The notes: generated by a model from the letters alone, not told the origin. 64,000 nucleotides of DNA from the human T2T-CHM13v2.0 reference genome, Homo sapiens (GCA_009914755.4 CP068257.2:35168001-35232000); one strand, 5' to 3'; positions 1 to 14,900 are shown, counted from the stretch's first letter. Made by a program: numbers and translations.

Positions 1-3000
1 TGCTAGCTTTAGGACTCTGGATCTCACCCACTCCCTCCCACCTATGAGTCTTTGGAAAATACTATTTCCTCCCTTGCTATTTCAGGCCCAGGTGGCAGAA
101 CTCCTCTCTCTGGGGACCCCTCCATTGTGTGTTTTCCCTTCCACAGGATTCTGAGTTGGATCCTGTGTCTGTCTGTGGCCCTGAGAGCTGCAGGTATCGA
201 CTACAGGCTCAGCATGGTGGGATGGGCTGTATCCTCAACCCTGTTTCAACAGGGACACTTCTGCTAGGAGAGGAGAATGGGCCCAGATGTAAAGCTGCCC
301 TTCTCCAGGGTTTCCTGAACCTTCTGGTCTCTTTGCCTTCATCTTGCCTCTTCCTGCTCCGTTAAAAAGAAAATGCTTCCCATTTGTTAATTGTTGAGAG
401 TGTATGCTGCTGTTTTATTTTGCTTGACATCTTACAATCAATCTTCTGTATATGTTTATATATGCTTTTCTATTTAAGCTTTTTTTTTTTTTAAATCTAA
501 AAAACACAGTACCATACCGCCAAAGGTGTCAGGAAACACGCTCAAATAAGGAAGGGCTCCAAAGACTGCTTTGCCAACAAAATGCCAGTAAAATCTGAAA
601 CCCAGGTTCAGACACACTGGGAACGTTCCAAAATTTAAAACTTAAAGAACTTCTTTATTCCAGTAAATCAGCTTCCCTGTGAATACCATCAAAATCCTGG
701 GCTTTAATGAGTAAGGGAATATCAGAGGAAAGGGTGGAGAAGGAAAGGATTTGGACGAGCACAAAATTTAATTTAAAAACTATTATGAGAAGTTTAATTT
801 CCCCTCCCCCAACCAAACACATAAATCTTTTCCATGCATTTTCTTTGTTTCGGTTTTTCCTAAAAAATCTGGAGAGGGAAAGGCATCTTGAACCATCTGA
901 AATGACAGAGTCAGTGGAGTCTTTAATAATAAATATGTGTTTATTGGATTCCTATGAATTAAATGACATATTAGCTATATGGGAGGATCCAAGGAAATCG
1001 TAAGCAAAATTGCATTCTCACCGAATGTGTAATCAACCAGGGAGAAAAGACATTGATGGGAAGGATAACGAGTGACATGAGGCCTTGGGCCTCTTAAGGA
1101 GTAGGGACAACAGAGGTGTCAGAGTCCAGGCGGGGATGGCTCACTTCGGCAGGGGTGGTCGGGGCCCAGCACACCCCCAAGTGCACTGAAAGATGCGACC
1201 ATGTAGGGAGAATGAAGCTGGCCTTCACAGTTCATAATTCCATCCACAGGCAGCACTGAGTGCAGCCACATTTCAACATTGGAACTTTCCAGGGCCAAGA
1301 AGCACTGAACACGTCGCAAGAGCATGGACTTCCTAGGTTTTCACCAGGCCACGCATGAGCATGGGGCTGTGGGTGTCGGTGTGCCTCAGCACTGCCACGT
1401 CCACTCTGAGTGCAGGTCCGGCTCAGTTTTGGATGTTCCTCCGAGAGCAGTCCTCCAGGGCCACCGTGGGACGAGGCACCTCTTTGGTAGGCCATTTGCA
1501 CTCCAGCACGGCCTCTGTTCCTAACCACAATGGGCTGCTGGTTCAAGGACTCCCTGCCACAGCCAGGAGGCACAGAAGACCCCATGGAGGCACTTGGCTG
1601 GTTAAGACCCGCAGGGGTCACCTGCCTAGGCTTAGCCTCAATCTCCTTGTAGATAAAACTGGACCCTAACCCTTCACTGCCCAGGGCCCCTAGGGAATAA
1701 ATGTGCCATGCTGCGTGGGATGCCCAAGGAGAGTTCTGTGGCATTTATTTAGCCACACTGGTTCCTCTCCCCTGGTTTCTTTTCATCATCAAATGGACAT
1801 GATGGAAAGCTCCTTTGCGGTCTTTCTAGGAGAGGAGGCGGCACCTATATTCCAGATGCAGCCATTTCACAACCAGGCGCTGCTTCCTGGTCAGAGCCGC
1901 TCGACCATGAGGATATTCTACAGAAAGAGAACTCAGCTCTCTCCTTCCTACCTCACATGACCCTAAGGAAAGTTAAGAAAAGAGGAAAAGACCTGTGAAG
2001 ATGCCTGATCAGCTGTCAGGGTTACGTAGACACTGGCTGCTGTTATTTACTGTTCCCCGGCTGATAAAATAGCCAGGTCACCTGTGCCGATGACCAGACC
2101 CACCCCCTACCCACCAGCAGGGCTGCCAGGGCTTTCTGGGGAGACGCTGCAGCTTGGTTCTTATTTCCTTTGCTCTGCATCCCTCTGGGTTGACTTGAGT
2201 CTGATCATGGGTTTATTCCATTTCCATTTTGCTAGATTCCCTCCACTCCCTCAAGCTTCTACAAAACTGTGGGGCCACCACTCCCCACAAAAGATTAAAA
2301 CCAAGATGTTTCCTAGAGGTGGCATTTTGTCTTCCTGAAGCTGTTCTGTGCACAGGTCCTCTCCACACTCATGCCAAATGCTCGGTGAAGCGTCTTCCTG
2401 AATGTCCCTAAGGGGCACGTGCCACTGGCAGAGCTGATGGGCACACCTCACTCCCACACATGCTGTGCCGAGCTCATGACTCAGCTGTGCAGGGCCCGCC
2501 CAAGAGTGAGGCAAACACCAACACCGCACAGCGACCCTTTGTCAATGGTGGGGACCTCAGTGGCTTCTCCATCGGAACTTAGGGCTGACGGGCCTCCAGA
2601 CCTACTGTTACACACTGGCCCACGGAATGACCCTCATAAACCCAAGAACAGTAAACAGAGCTTAACATTCTAACGAAATCAAGATTGCTGTGTGTGCTTT
2701 CACAAAATGAAACTGCCTGGAACTTCTCATAACGTTTTTTATGATAAGCATTAAAATGCAAAGAGGAAGATTAAAGTTCCTGCTACAGACCAGAGCAGTA
2801 ATGAGCGTGGGAGGAGGAGCTCTGGGTAGGGTCTGGGAGAGAGGTTTATGTACTGCATTACAGTTGGATATTATTATATAAAATGAGTGTGTTATTAAAA
2901 GGATCCTGAAGTTATAAAAACTCAAAGGAACTTTTACTGAGGATGAATAACTTCTTTGGTAAAGATGAATGACTCTCACGTCCTAGACACTGAGGTGCAG

Positions 3001-3212
3001 TCACGTGCCAGAGCTCTTTAATTGCTAGTAGTTGGATTTCGTTGTTTTTGTGGGGCACTTTTTTGCGGGGGAAGGGGCAGAAAGATTAGGAATACATTCT
3101 TTGATTAGGAAAGTTCTAGTGGGTAAGAGAAAGTCCCTCTAGTTAGTAACTGAGAATCTTGATTATCCTACTAGAAAAAGGCAATAAGAAGACGCATCTC
3201 CTATGGCCATAA

Positions 3213-3479
<267 letters not shown>

Positions 3480-4318
3480 TAAACAGTACATACCACCTCA
3501 TCCATTTAATGTTACAAACACAATGAAATCAGTAAGTCAGAAAACTGTAGAGTGATGTGGTGAAAAACATTCTTTTTAAATGTAGTTCTACTTATTTTAA
3601 ATACATTTAATTAACTAAAATTATACCAGAATATGGCTTTGGGCTTGATCTACTCAAGTAATTTATACATTTTCCCTATAATTTTGTTTGTGTCCATAAA
3701 CTAGGAAATTTCCATGTAATCTGTATCAAGACAATCACAAATTCTAAATTAGTGAAGACCAAAGTAATGTTTCCCTTTACCATGGTTGGAAGTGTACAGG
3801 ATATTTGGTTTATTAATTTTAAAAATTATGAGAGTAATCCCGACAGTCTGGAAAACAGAAACAAAAGATTTCATCACACATACTAACACAACGATTGCCA
3901 CCTTACGCATTTTCTAGTCCTTTCTCAAAGATGCATGTTTTAAGATTTTAATCTACGAATTAATAATTTATTGAAACCTGCTTTTTACTTTAAGTGGTCT
4001 GAGCATTTCTGTATCTTGCCATAGTCTTTCTGCTGATGGACAATATTCCATTGAGTGAGTGTGTACAGAGTACTTAACTATACATCTTTGTGAGTATGAA
4101 CTTTCCGATGTATCTGATCATTTCTTAAGGGTAGATTACTAGAAGTGGTATCAATGGGTCAAGGATATTAACTTTTTACAACTCCTGATGCCTACTGCCA
4201 CACTGCTTTTCAAGAGGTTGCTCTAATGTACACTCCCACTGGGGTTTGAACAAGGCTTAAAAGTACCTGTTTCATTATATCCTTGCCCACCCTGGGTATT
4301 ATCATTAAAAACCATTTT

Positions 4319-4700
<382 letters not shown>

Positions 4701-6647
4701 TTAGGAAGTGGGTCCTATGGTGTTTCCTTGGCTCTTCATTCAGATTGAAGACAGGAAACAACCACATAGACATATTCTGTATCTGGCTGCCTTTCCCATG
4801 ATCTTACGCTTCCGTGGCTCAATGGCTGCCTTTCCCACGATCTTATGCTTTTGATCATCCATGGAGAAAAACGCAAACGGACGCAGGAATGCTCCAATCT
4901 GGGCTGTGAAGGCTCAGACAGGCAGGAGGCTGTCTGCCCAGGAAGGCAGGTCAGAAGCTGCTATTAACCACTCTGGCAGGGCAGTGTTTCTGTCAGCCTG
5001 CAGAGCACTTCAGGTTCTGGGAGCAGCTGATGGCAGAACTGTGGTGTTCTCTCCGTGGAAAAAAAATGAGGAAGTCAGCAAAATGTTCTTAAGCCATTCC
5101 GTCCACCATTTTGTCCATCTGTGTTGATTTGGCAGTGGTGTTGGCAAAGAACCTGGGTGTAGGACAATGTGCTTTGTAAACAGAAGAAAATGAAATGATA
5201 GATGCAGGGGTGCCTTCGTTTGAGCTTGCTTGTATTTAAAGTTGGCTAAATATGCCTCAGCAGAGATCTTTGGGGACATGAATCATAATAGAAAAAAACA
5301 GCAACATATAGGCTTGTCCAAAATAAAACCTGCTCACCGTGCCTCAGGTAACCCTAAGAAGCGTCCTCTGTTGTAAAAACAATTCAAATACATACCAAGT
5401 AGCAAGAATCGCATAAGGAAACCCCACATAGGATGTCCGGGGCAACAACATGCGGACCCCCACCCCTGCCGGAGCCGAGTACACACCAACCCACACATCC
5501 AGGGCTCTGGGCAGCGGTGACTGTTCAGTGAGACCGCTTTCAGCATTTGCGAGAAGCTGCTCACCAACTGCCAAGTTCCTGCTGGGTCGGCCAAGAGGTA
5601 TGAACCAAAAATGAAAAAACATGAAAGGTTTGTTTTTTAAAGGCAATACATCAAACATAAAAAGAGCCCTTTTGTATGAATTTTCAGTGTGGGAGCCAGA
5701 GAGGAGAAAAAATCATTTTCCCTCCTGGGAGGAAGCAGTTTGACCTCACCTGCGACTTTTCTCTTACGGTGTGGATTTTTCTCACCCCATTAAATGTAAC
5801 CTACTCTAGGTGGGTTAGTACCATGTGAGAGAAATAGGGGGTGATGGGGAATATGGCAGACAGGCAGGCTGGGGCTCAGACAGAATGCCGAGCACCCTCG
5901 AGGGTGGGCCCTCGAGGGCCACGGAAGCGGGTGCCACGGGGCTGCATGGAATGCGGCTGCTCCAAGGGGCCTGTTTGCTGGACACACAAGGATTAAGTTT
6001 CCATGGCTCCAAAACCCTTGCAGCCTCCCACCCCACCCCCGGCAAAAGCACTCTTTGCAAAAGGAAAGGAAAAAAGAACAACCAAGTTAGAATGGGGTTA
6101 TCTTCTTACCACTTTCACAAAGAAAGGGCTGGCTGGGATGGACACAGCAGGTTTCCCACTGTGAAGCCATCAGAAAGGCAGCGGAAAAAAACCTCATGGC
6201 AGTTAGGTGTGGGCCAGCCACACAGACAGGAACAAGCGAGCTTTCAAACCTAGAAGGTGAGTGCGCTACCTGTCAGCGTTCACAGGACTTTGCTCTGAAG
6301 AACAGTAAAAGACCATCTCAGCACCGGGTCCCTAAATCCCCTTCCCATTAACCAGGTGCCAATAGTGAAACCTAGAAGGGGACCCTGGTAAATCACCCGG
6401 CGGCTACCCCGCAGGCTCCCAGCGCTACGCTCTGGGGACCGTCAGCCTTTTCTTCTGTCACACAGCAGGAGAATGAGCTCACTTTGGCATCTGTGTGACC
6501 AGGGACGGCTGCCATCTGTGTGTCACTGTTATCAGTGGTCAGAGCAGAAGTAGCAGGTGGAACCATGTGAAATCCCTAACATTCAACCGTTTAGACCTGC
6601 AAAAATGGCTCTTTCCTTCGATTTACCCTGATGATGACAAGAAAAGG

Positions 6648-6720
6648 AGAAGGGGGGGAGGGAAGGGAGAGGGGGAGGGAAGGGATGGAAGGGAAGGGAG
6701 CGGGGGGAGGAGGAGGACGA
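6648..6720. repeat. GA-rich polypurine low-complexity tract (GGGAGG/GGAAG-like)
   Basis: gaaaaggagaagggggggagggaagggagagggggagggaagggatggaagggaagggagcggggggaggaggagg, about 70 nt that is almost pure purine on the + strand. Confidence 0.8.
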
Positions 6721-7422
6721 CCATGATCATCAGCCAATTGTGCTACGTCAGTCCAGAGTGAGCTGCTACTTATGATTTCATTTCCTCCTTAGACTGATGG
6801 GAGCAATGACAATCCCCATTTGTAGATGAGGCACCTGCTCAGAGAACTGAAGTTACTCATCCAGGGTCACATGGCTGTCAAGAGGCATGCCCAGTACCTA
6901 TGACAAACATTCATCCCCAAGTAACGAAGCCAACAACCTGTGTCTCACTCCAGAACCACAGAGCTGTTACAACACGTGGTGCCTCCTGAGCCAGCAGCCA
7001 GGGGCAAGAACGAGAGGATGCAGGGAGAGGCTCTGGGGAAAGGGCTGTGTCCCCTCAGTCATGTGACCCCCAGGCTTTCTAGAGTGACTCATGGTGAGGA
7101 CAGCAAAGATCTCAAAATGCTGTCTAGACCTTAACTCTGCCCATCACCCCATCCATTTGGTTTTGTTTCCCTTTCATTTGCATGTGTAGTCACATGTTCA
7201 GCATCCTTGGGGGCAGCTGCATCTGTGGTCCTCCAGAACCCCAAGCTTTGCAGTTGGACTTGAACCCCTCATGCGCTTTTGATTCCTGATTAAATAACCT
7301 GATTCGAGTTGTTGAGATCTTTAGTTTACATCAAATAATTCTTCTTTCTATTGCTCCATTCACTTCTGCACATTGCCTTAGGTACCGATTCATTTTCTCT
7401 ACGACCCCCGCTGCTTACATGA

Positions 7423-7810
<388 letters not shown>

Positions 7811-8039
7811 AGGATGCAATCTTATTGGTGTGTCACTTTTAGCCCAAGAAGCAAAAAAGTGGAGTGAGTAAGCTGGTAGGATCAACTGTTATTTTTATAT
7901 TAAAACAAACATGTACCAGAATTATGGAGTAAAAATTATGCAAAATTTACAAGCATGTTAGAGATAAATCAGACCTTAAAGAAATTTAGTGCTAGTCAGA
8001 AGCTACATAAATGGTCAGGCATGTGGCTGCTGGTGCAAT

Positions 8040-8140
8040 ATTGTCCCTTTACGGCCAAGAGACCTCAGACAAGTTACTTAACCTCTCCCATCGAAAGCAT
8101 CTCTCATGAAGATGCTGCTTCAGTCATAGGGTTGTCAGGA
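8040..8140 (+). mobile_element. MIR SINE fragment (weak)
   Basis: agttacttaacctctcc ... atagggttgtcaggagga resembles the MIR core gttacttaacctctctg ... catagggttgttgtgagga. Confidence 0.4.
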
Positions 8141-11063
8141 GGATATACCAAGTTAGTGCCTATGTGGACAGCTGTTTAGAAGCCTCAGAGCACCCTGTGA
8201 ATGTGCTTTCAGACCTGCCCTGGATTCTTAGCTTCTACTAAGGACGAGCTACGGGTGTGACTGGGTTACGCTTGGCTCATTCTGGCCTCCCTGCCGCAAC
8301 TTTTCCAAAGAGGCGATCTCTGAGCTCCTGGGAGCAAACCCATGAGGATACAGATGATTCGGCAACTTTGTGCCAGGCCCTCTCCAGGCTCTGGGGTTGT
8401 TTCTGTGAACAAATGCTCTGTCTCTGCACCCAGGGAGCTGGCATTCTAGTATGTGTGTGCAAGGCGGTGGGAGAGAGACATAAATGCATAATGTGTCAAT
8501 GCAGTGAAAACAAAATACAGCAGATAAGGGGTACAAGGAAGGACAAAGGATGGGGTGTTCAAGTGGTCCCTGAAGGCTGCTGCAATAAGGCATTTGTTCA
8601 GAAAGAAGATAGTGAGAGCATACCATGAAGACATGTGACAGAGGACTATTCCAGGCAGAGGCAGCGGCAAGGCCAAAGGCCCTCAGTGGGATTGGAGAGG
8701 AACAAAAAGGTGACCGACGTGGCTGAAGCACACTCTGTGCGTATGGGGTTGGGGGGAATAGGAATAAGGTTTATGCTGGTTGGGGGACAGATTTGGAAGT
8801 GTGCAGGTCATAGTAAGAACTCTGGATTTTTTACTGAATGAAGTAGGAAGCAACACTGAGCCTTTCTAAGCTAACAGGGATGAGATAACTAAGTTACATT
8901 TTAAAGGAATTCACCTGGCTGCCACATGGAAAACAGCCTGGTGGAAGGAAGAAAGAGATGTGTTCTGCACATTTTGAAAGTGGAACAAAGAGGACCTGAT
9001 GATGAACTGAGCTCCTGAAAGGAAGATGGAGTCAAGGGTGAGTTCACGACTTCTGGCACACACAACTCAAGGAAAAAGCGATGTGCCGTTTCCCAAAAGC
9101 AGGAGGCAAGGGCTGAGCAGGCTGGAGGGTGGAATCTGGTGCTGGACTTAGATGTAGCAAGCATAAGATGCCTATGAGACAGCCCACGGAATCCAAGCAG
9201 AAGTCTGGAGTGGGAGGGAGAGGTCTGGGCTAGGATATTCATTTGGGAATCATTATCGTGGAGATGGTTCTTAGAACCATGGGACCAGGAGAGGTCAGCT
9301 AGCGAATGAGTTGGGCTGGAGAGGGGAAGACGTCTGATTAACCTGACTTTGTTCTCTGGCAAAGGCACCAGGTTGAGAATTCAGAAACTCATATCCCTGG
9401 TTTCTTTTTAGCAAACACGAAGCATGGTGACCAAGCCATGTCATCACACTGGAACCGCAAAAAAGAGAAGAAAGGAAATGCGCTTCGTCTTCTGCGAGGA
9501 CACATTGACGGTGCTCAGCTAGCCAGCATCTAGGTCCCACAGAGGGCAGGAGGGATCCGGAAACACTGAGGTCCCCTCCTGAGAGGCTCATGCCCTCACA
9601 TACTTTCTTAATATAATCAAAATGGGAGTAAATGATGACAATATGCAACTTTCCAAATACTGAGGTTCTGGACCAAGCTACTGAAACAGATTTCATAGTT
9701 GCTATGCTCCATACTCTGCCTAGCATACGGTAGTCATTTTATAAACATTTGACAAATAGTTATATTTCTAACAGAAACCAGAAATTTGGGGCCATGACTC
9801 CTTTACAGCTCAAGAAATATGCAAAATTAGTATTCCCTGAGAGACAGATGTCTGAAGGCCCCAAGCAGTCCAACCCTGTCCTGTCATAGCCTGAGACATC
9901 CTGCCTTAGGGAGTAAGTTATTACTAACTGTGGACAAGCTCTGTTTCCCTTTTGGAGGAACTGAGGGCAGAGATCCTGCCATTAATTCCTCCCCCAGTGC
10001 CTGGGATAGTGCCCTGTGCACAGCAAATGCCCAATACATCTAAATAAATGTCAAATGAATGAGCGAATAAATATTCATTAAAAATTAACCAAACAGTTAA
10101 TTTAGGTCATTCAGTGGAAAAAAGAAAAACAGTGAAACTAGAAAAGCATCTTTTTAATTTAAAAGGTTAATTAAGGACAAGGTTTTAAAAAAATATTTTG
10201 GTGGCTTTAGTAAACCAAGCACACCTGGGACTCAAAATAGTTGCAATCTGTAACTCTAAACACAGCCCATTATGTCCCACGAATTAGAAAATGAGGGAAA
10301 GTTGCCTAACTCGCTTCATGATTCTAGTATAATCTCAATTCTTCAACCAGATAGTGGACAAGAAAATAAAAAACCCCAAACACTTAAACACACAGATGTG
10401 AAAATCATGAATAAAATGCTAGTTAACTGAATTCAATGCTACATCTTATGTGTATTATAATCAGATATTGTTTATCCTAGAAATGCAAGGATGGTTTAAC
10501 ATCAGAAAAATGTATCAACATAATACATAACATATGGGTGGGCAAAATGAGGAAAATCACATGATTTTCTGAATAGATGCAGAACAGACATTTGGTAATT
10601 TCAGTAGCCCTAGGTCAGTCCAAATGATCTATTAGTCTGATCAATTTAATGATTTTACTAGATTCTCTAATTCCCAAAAGCATATTTCTTTTTACTATTT
10701 AAGCATTTTACAGCAATCTGTTTTAGATGTATAAGCAGGGCCCACGAGAGCTGTGAGGAACCAGGACTCGGATAATCCAGGGCGTTGGGAGACTTCCCCA
10801 AACCAGGAAATGATCCCATGCACCATCTGAGCCTTCCAGTCTTCCCACAGACTCTACCAAACATTATCGGGGCCACTAACAAAGAAGGAAGAAAAACTAC
10901 TTTCAATGTTAGCTCTCCCTTTGACTCTTCTACTGAGGGATATGTGGGGGACCCATGTTTATGAATAATAACTTCCAGAAATAAAAATTCAGGAGAGACA
11001 AGCAATGCAGCACCTACAGAAACAAAAATAATCAGACCTAAATCCACAAGTTTATTAAAGTGA

Positions 11064-11406
<343 letters not shown>

Positions 11407-12489
11407 TAACTCATGGCTGTACCATCCAAAGACAGTATTTTGTGCTATGTCTGAAAACCTTCCAATCTGGCCTTAAAACAAATATTCAGCAACATAATAG
11501 AGTGATAATGTCAGAAAAGAGTATTGGCTCCCATATCCACAGTTGTTTTAATAGCATTTAAGACCAACATTTTATAAATATTATTAGAAATAATATTTAT
11601 TTTTTATTAACATTAAAATTAATATAATAAAAATATAATTTTTCTCCTAGCTTTGCTTATGTTTGTGTTTTCATAAATAGTAGAGGGGAGAACTAATGAT
11701 TAATCAATGGGCTGTGCATCACTTGGGAAGTTCCCTGTGTAAAAAGCTCTAAGTTAACATCTTTGCAAAACCATTAGGAAGAATTTCCCAATAATCCATT
11801 TAAACATATCAGATTAATGAGGAATTAAATGCATCTGCACTTATTCTTGGTGTGGATTTCAACTGTTTCTCAAAGCTGAACTGAGCCAGAGCCTGCTCAG
11901 CAGAAGAAAAATTGAGAAGGCTAATGGAGAGAGCCGTTAGCGTAGGATGCAATGGTTTGCAACTTGGTGGGCACACACGGTCTGAAGCCTCACCCTGCCC
12001 TGACGCCTGCATTCCTAATTCTGTGCATTCACATGTTGACTTAACACTGGTTTATTGAGCATTTACTATGTAACACTGTTCTAGAGACCGAGAAATACAG
12101 CAGTAGACCAAGTAGGCTTACGTTCTGGCAGGAGGAGTCAGACACTCAACAAATATGCAAATACAGACACAAATATTGGGTTGTGGGGTTAGAGAAGAAG
12201 TAGTGAGAGCTAAGGATGGTGGGGAGAAGCCCTCTCTGATAAGCTAACACGTGAGCAGAGACTTGAAGGAAGTGAGAGACTCGGGAAGCTACCTTGGCAA
12301 GGAACGATCCGGGCAGGGAGAAGAGTAAACACAAAGGATGGAAGTAGTAGCGTGTGCTTGACCTGAGGCCCAACGAGGAGGCCCAGGCCACTGGATGAAG
12401 TGTGTGCACAGTGTGTGTATGTGTGTGTGCAGGTATTTGGGGGAGGAAGGGAGGCAATCACACAGGGCTTCCAGGGAGGTGAGGACTAT

Positions 12490-13700
12490 GAATTTTCACT
12501 TAGCATAATATTTTCAAGATTCACCCATGCTGTCACACAAATTAATATTTTGTTCTTTTATATTGCTTGGATTCCTAGTTGTATTCTAGTAATTTGTTTA
12601 TCCGTTCACCAAATGATGACTATTTATGTTGTTTCCAGTTTGGGGTTATTCAAATAAAGCTGCTATGAATATCTACATACAGTCTTTGTATGGACAAATG
12701 TTTTCATTTATCTTGGAAAGGCATCCATCTATCAACTGATTGACTGACTGATTGATCTGCTCACTATGTATCATCCAGTAATGCCATTCCTAGGGATTTA
12801 CCCAAGATAAATTCCAGACTGTTTTCAAAAGTGGCTGTTATCATTCTGCATTCCCACCAGTAACACGTGAGAGTTCCAGTTTCTCCACATTCTTGTCAAC
12901 ATTTGGTATTGTCAGTCTTTTTTAAGTTCAGCCCTACTAATGCATGTGAAGTGGTATCTTATCATAGTGTTAATTTGCATTTCTCTGAAGACTGGTGACA
13001 CTGAGCATTTTCTCATGTGCCTTTAGGAATTTATAAATTTTCTTTGCTGAAGTGTCTTTTCAAATTTTTGCCTTTTAAAAAAATTGAGTTGTCTTAATAT
13101 TGAGTCGTAAGGTTCTTTATATATTCTGGCTATATGTCCTTTGTCAGATATATGTCTTGCAAATATTTTCTCCCAGTCTGTGGCTTACCTTTTCCATTTT
13201 TAAACTGTGTTTTATAAAAAAAAGAAGTTTTTTTAGATCAAAGTCCATTTTAATCATTTTTTCTTTTATAGTTCATGCTTTTTGTGTCTCATTTAAGAAA
13301 TCTTTCCCTACTCCAATGTCACAAATATATTCTCCGAGAAGCTTAACAGTTTTTGCAACTAAATTTAGGTCTATGATCCGTTTTGACTTAATTTTTCCAT
13401 ATGGTGTCATGTAACAGTTGAGATTTTTTTCCTATGCAGGCAGATATTCAATGGTTCAAGTACCATTTATTGAAATGGCTATCTTTTCTCCACTGAATGA
13501 CCTTGGCACTTTTATCAAACATCAACTGGCCACATACAGGTGAGTCTACTTCTGGACACTTATCCTGTTCCATTCATCTGTATATCTCTATCCTTACACC
13601 AACACGCATAGTCTTGAATACTAGGGCAAGTTAATTTTAAGATGTCTCCTGGATATGTAAAAATTATATCTGAGTTGAACTACAGTTTATTTATATATCC
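12490..13700 (-). mobile_element. Old LINE-1 fragment (ORF2 3' half), L1M/L1P-like
   Basis: Reads as reverse-complement L1: ...cccaccagtaacacgtgagagttccagtttctccacattcttgtcaacatttggt..., ...ttaatttgcatttctctgaagactggtgacactgagcattttctcatgtgcc..., ...tctttatatattctggctatatgtcctttgtcagatatatgtcttgcaaatattttctcccagtctgtggcttacc.... These are classic L1 ORF2 motifs seen in antisense. Confidence 0.8.
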
Positions 13701-13999
13701 AGGCAGCAAATAAATGTGAGAATCTGGAGGTGAGGGAAGAGATCAGAGATACCACCTTGGAAACCATCAATTTAGAGATGATTCTTAAGGCAGGGGACTA
13801 AGGGACACTCTGTAGGACACAGACATAGAGAAGGGAAGGGGCTGCGGCCTGAACACCCCACCTGCATGCTCACTCACATACTTTCGTCGGCCTGTGTTAA
13901 CGAAGTGCTGGGTCTCCCCAGCCTCTCTCATCTGTAAGCAGTGCCAACAACGTCCAACACAGTTCCATCCAATTTGGATCTGCCAGATTTCCAAGGAGC

Positions 14000-14180
14000 C
14001 GAAAACTTGACCCTACAAATCAGAGTCCCGAATTCAGCCCAGAGGCTCAGAAAGTTGCTCCAGTTTTCTAAGCCTCAGTTCTCAAATTTGGAAAAATAGA
14101 AATTCAGTAACTATCCAAAATCATAGGGTTGTTTGTGGACAACTAATAAGAATAAAATGTAAACATTTAGACACGCAAGC
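14000..14180 (+). mobile_element. MIR SINE fragment
   Basis: ctaagcctcagttctcaaatttggaaaaatagaaattcagtaactatccaaaatcatagggttgtttgtggacaactaataagaataaaatg compares with MIR cctcagtttcctcatctgtaaaatgggg ... catagggttgttgtgaggattaaatg. Confidence 0.55.
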
Positions 14181-14734
14181 CCCGTGAGGAAAATCCAGCC
14201 GTCCCTCTTTCTAATCAGGGTGGTGTGAGTTTCCTATGACCCATTTCCACCATTTCCACATTTATGAACCGTGATCAACATTAGACACTGAAAACACAGG
14301 AAAACAACTTCTGGACAAATCACTGTGAGCTCAAATGACCCCGCAGACTCTGTGGCCAGCTTGACCCCACCACTCCATCATCAAAGAGGACCATGGTGAG
14401 AGCCTGAGGGATGAGGCACTACTTGTTGATGCTGGCAGGGATCAGCAGAAACATATGTTTTCATGCTGAAAACAGAAGACACAGATGTGGGCACACTTAG
14501 AATGCACTCCTGGCACACAGTGGGTACTCCGTAACTACTTGGTGAACAAAGAGACACAAAGAAACAGCAGTCATTTGAACAATCAGCTGAGAAAACAGAG
14601 ACTCTGTGACCAAGCTCTCCATCAGGTATGGAACAGATGCAGTCGCAGGAATGATAACAGTCACAAGGAAAGCTGAGGGTGGCTCCCTGCCGGTACCGCT
14701 CTTGGCAGTTTATGGGAAATTATTCATCCTATGG

Positions 14735-14900
14735 AGCAGCACTATTATTAACCCCGTTGTACCAGTGAGGAAACAGAGGCAGGAAGGTACTAGAATTACT
14801 CCCACTTCATAGGTTAAGGAAACTAAAACCCACCAAAATGGCAGGGCTGGGACTTGAACCTAGGTCATCAGGCTATGGGGTTCCACGGACTATGGCTCAG
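14735..14900 (-). mobile_element. MIR SINE
   Basis: ccagtgaggaaacagaggcaggaaggt ... aggttaaggaaactaaaacccacc ... ggcagggctgggacttgaacctaggtc is the reverse complement of the MIR core (gaggaaactgaggcacagagaggttaagtaacttgcccaaggtcacacagctagtaagtggcagagccgggattcgaacccagg). Confidence 0.75.

Noticed and set aside
5825-6262. ORF 5825-6253 (142 aa) ending exactly at a consensus 5' splice donor, a possible coding exon
   Set aside because: A stop codon (TAG) sits immediately before the AAG|GTGAGT donor, so the frame cannot continue into a downstream exon. The peptide is low-complexity (Gly/Arg/Ser-rich). Only the donor motif and CpG retention are reported, as a finding.
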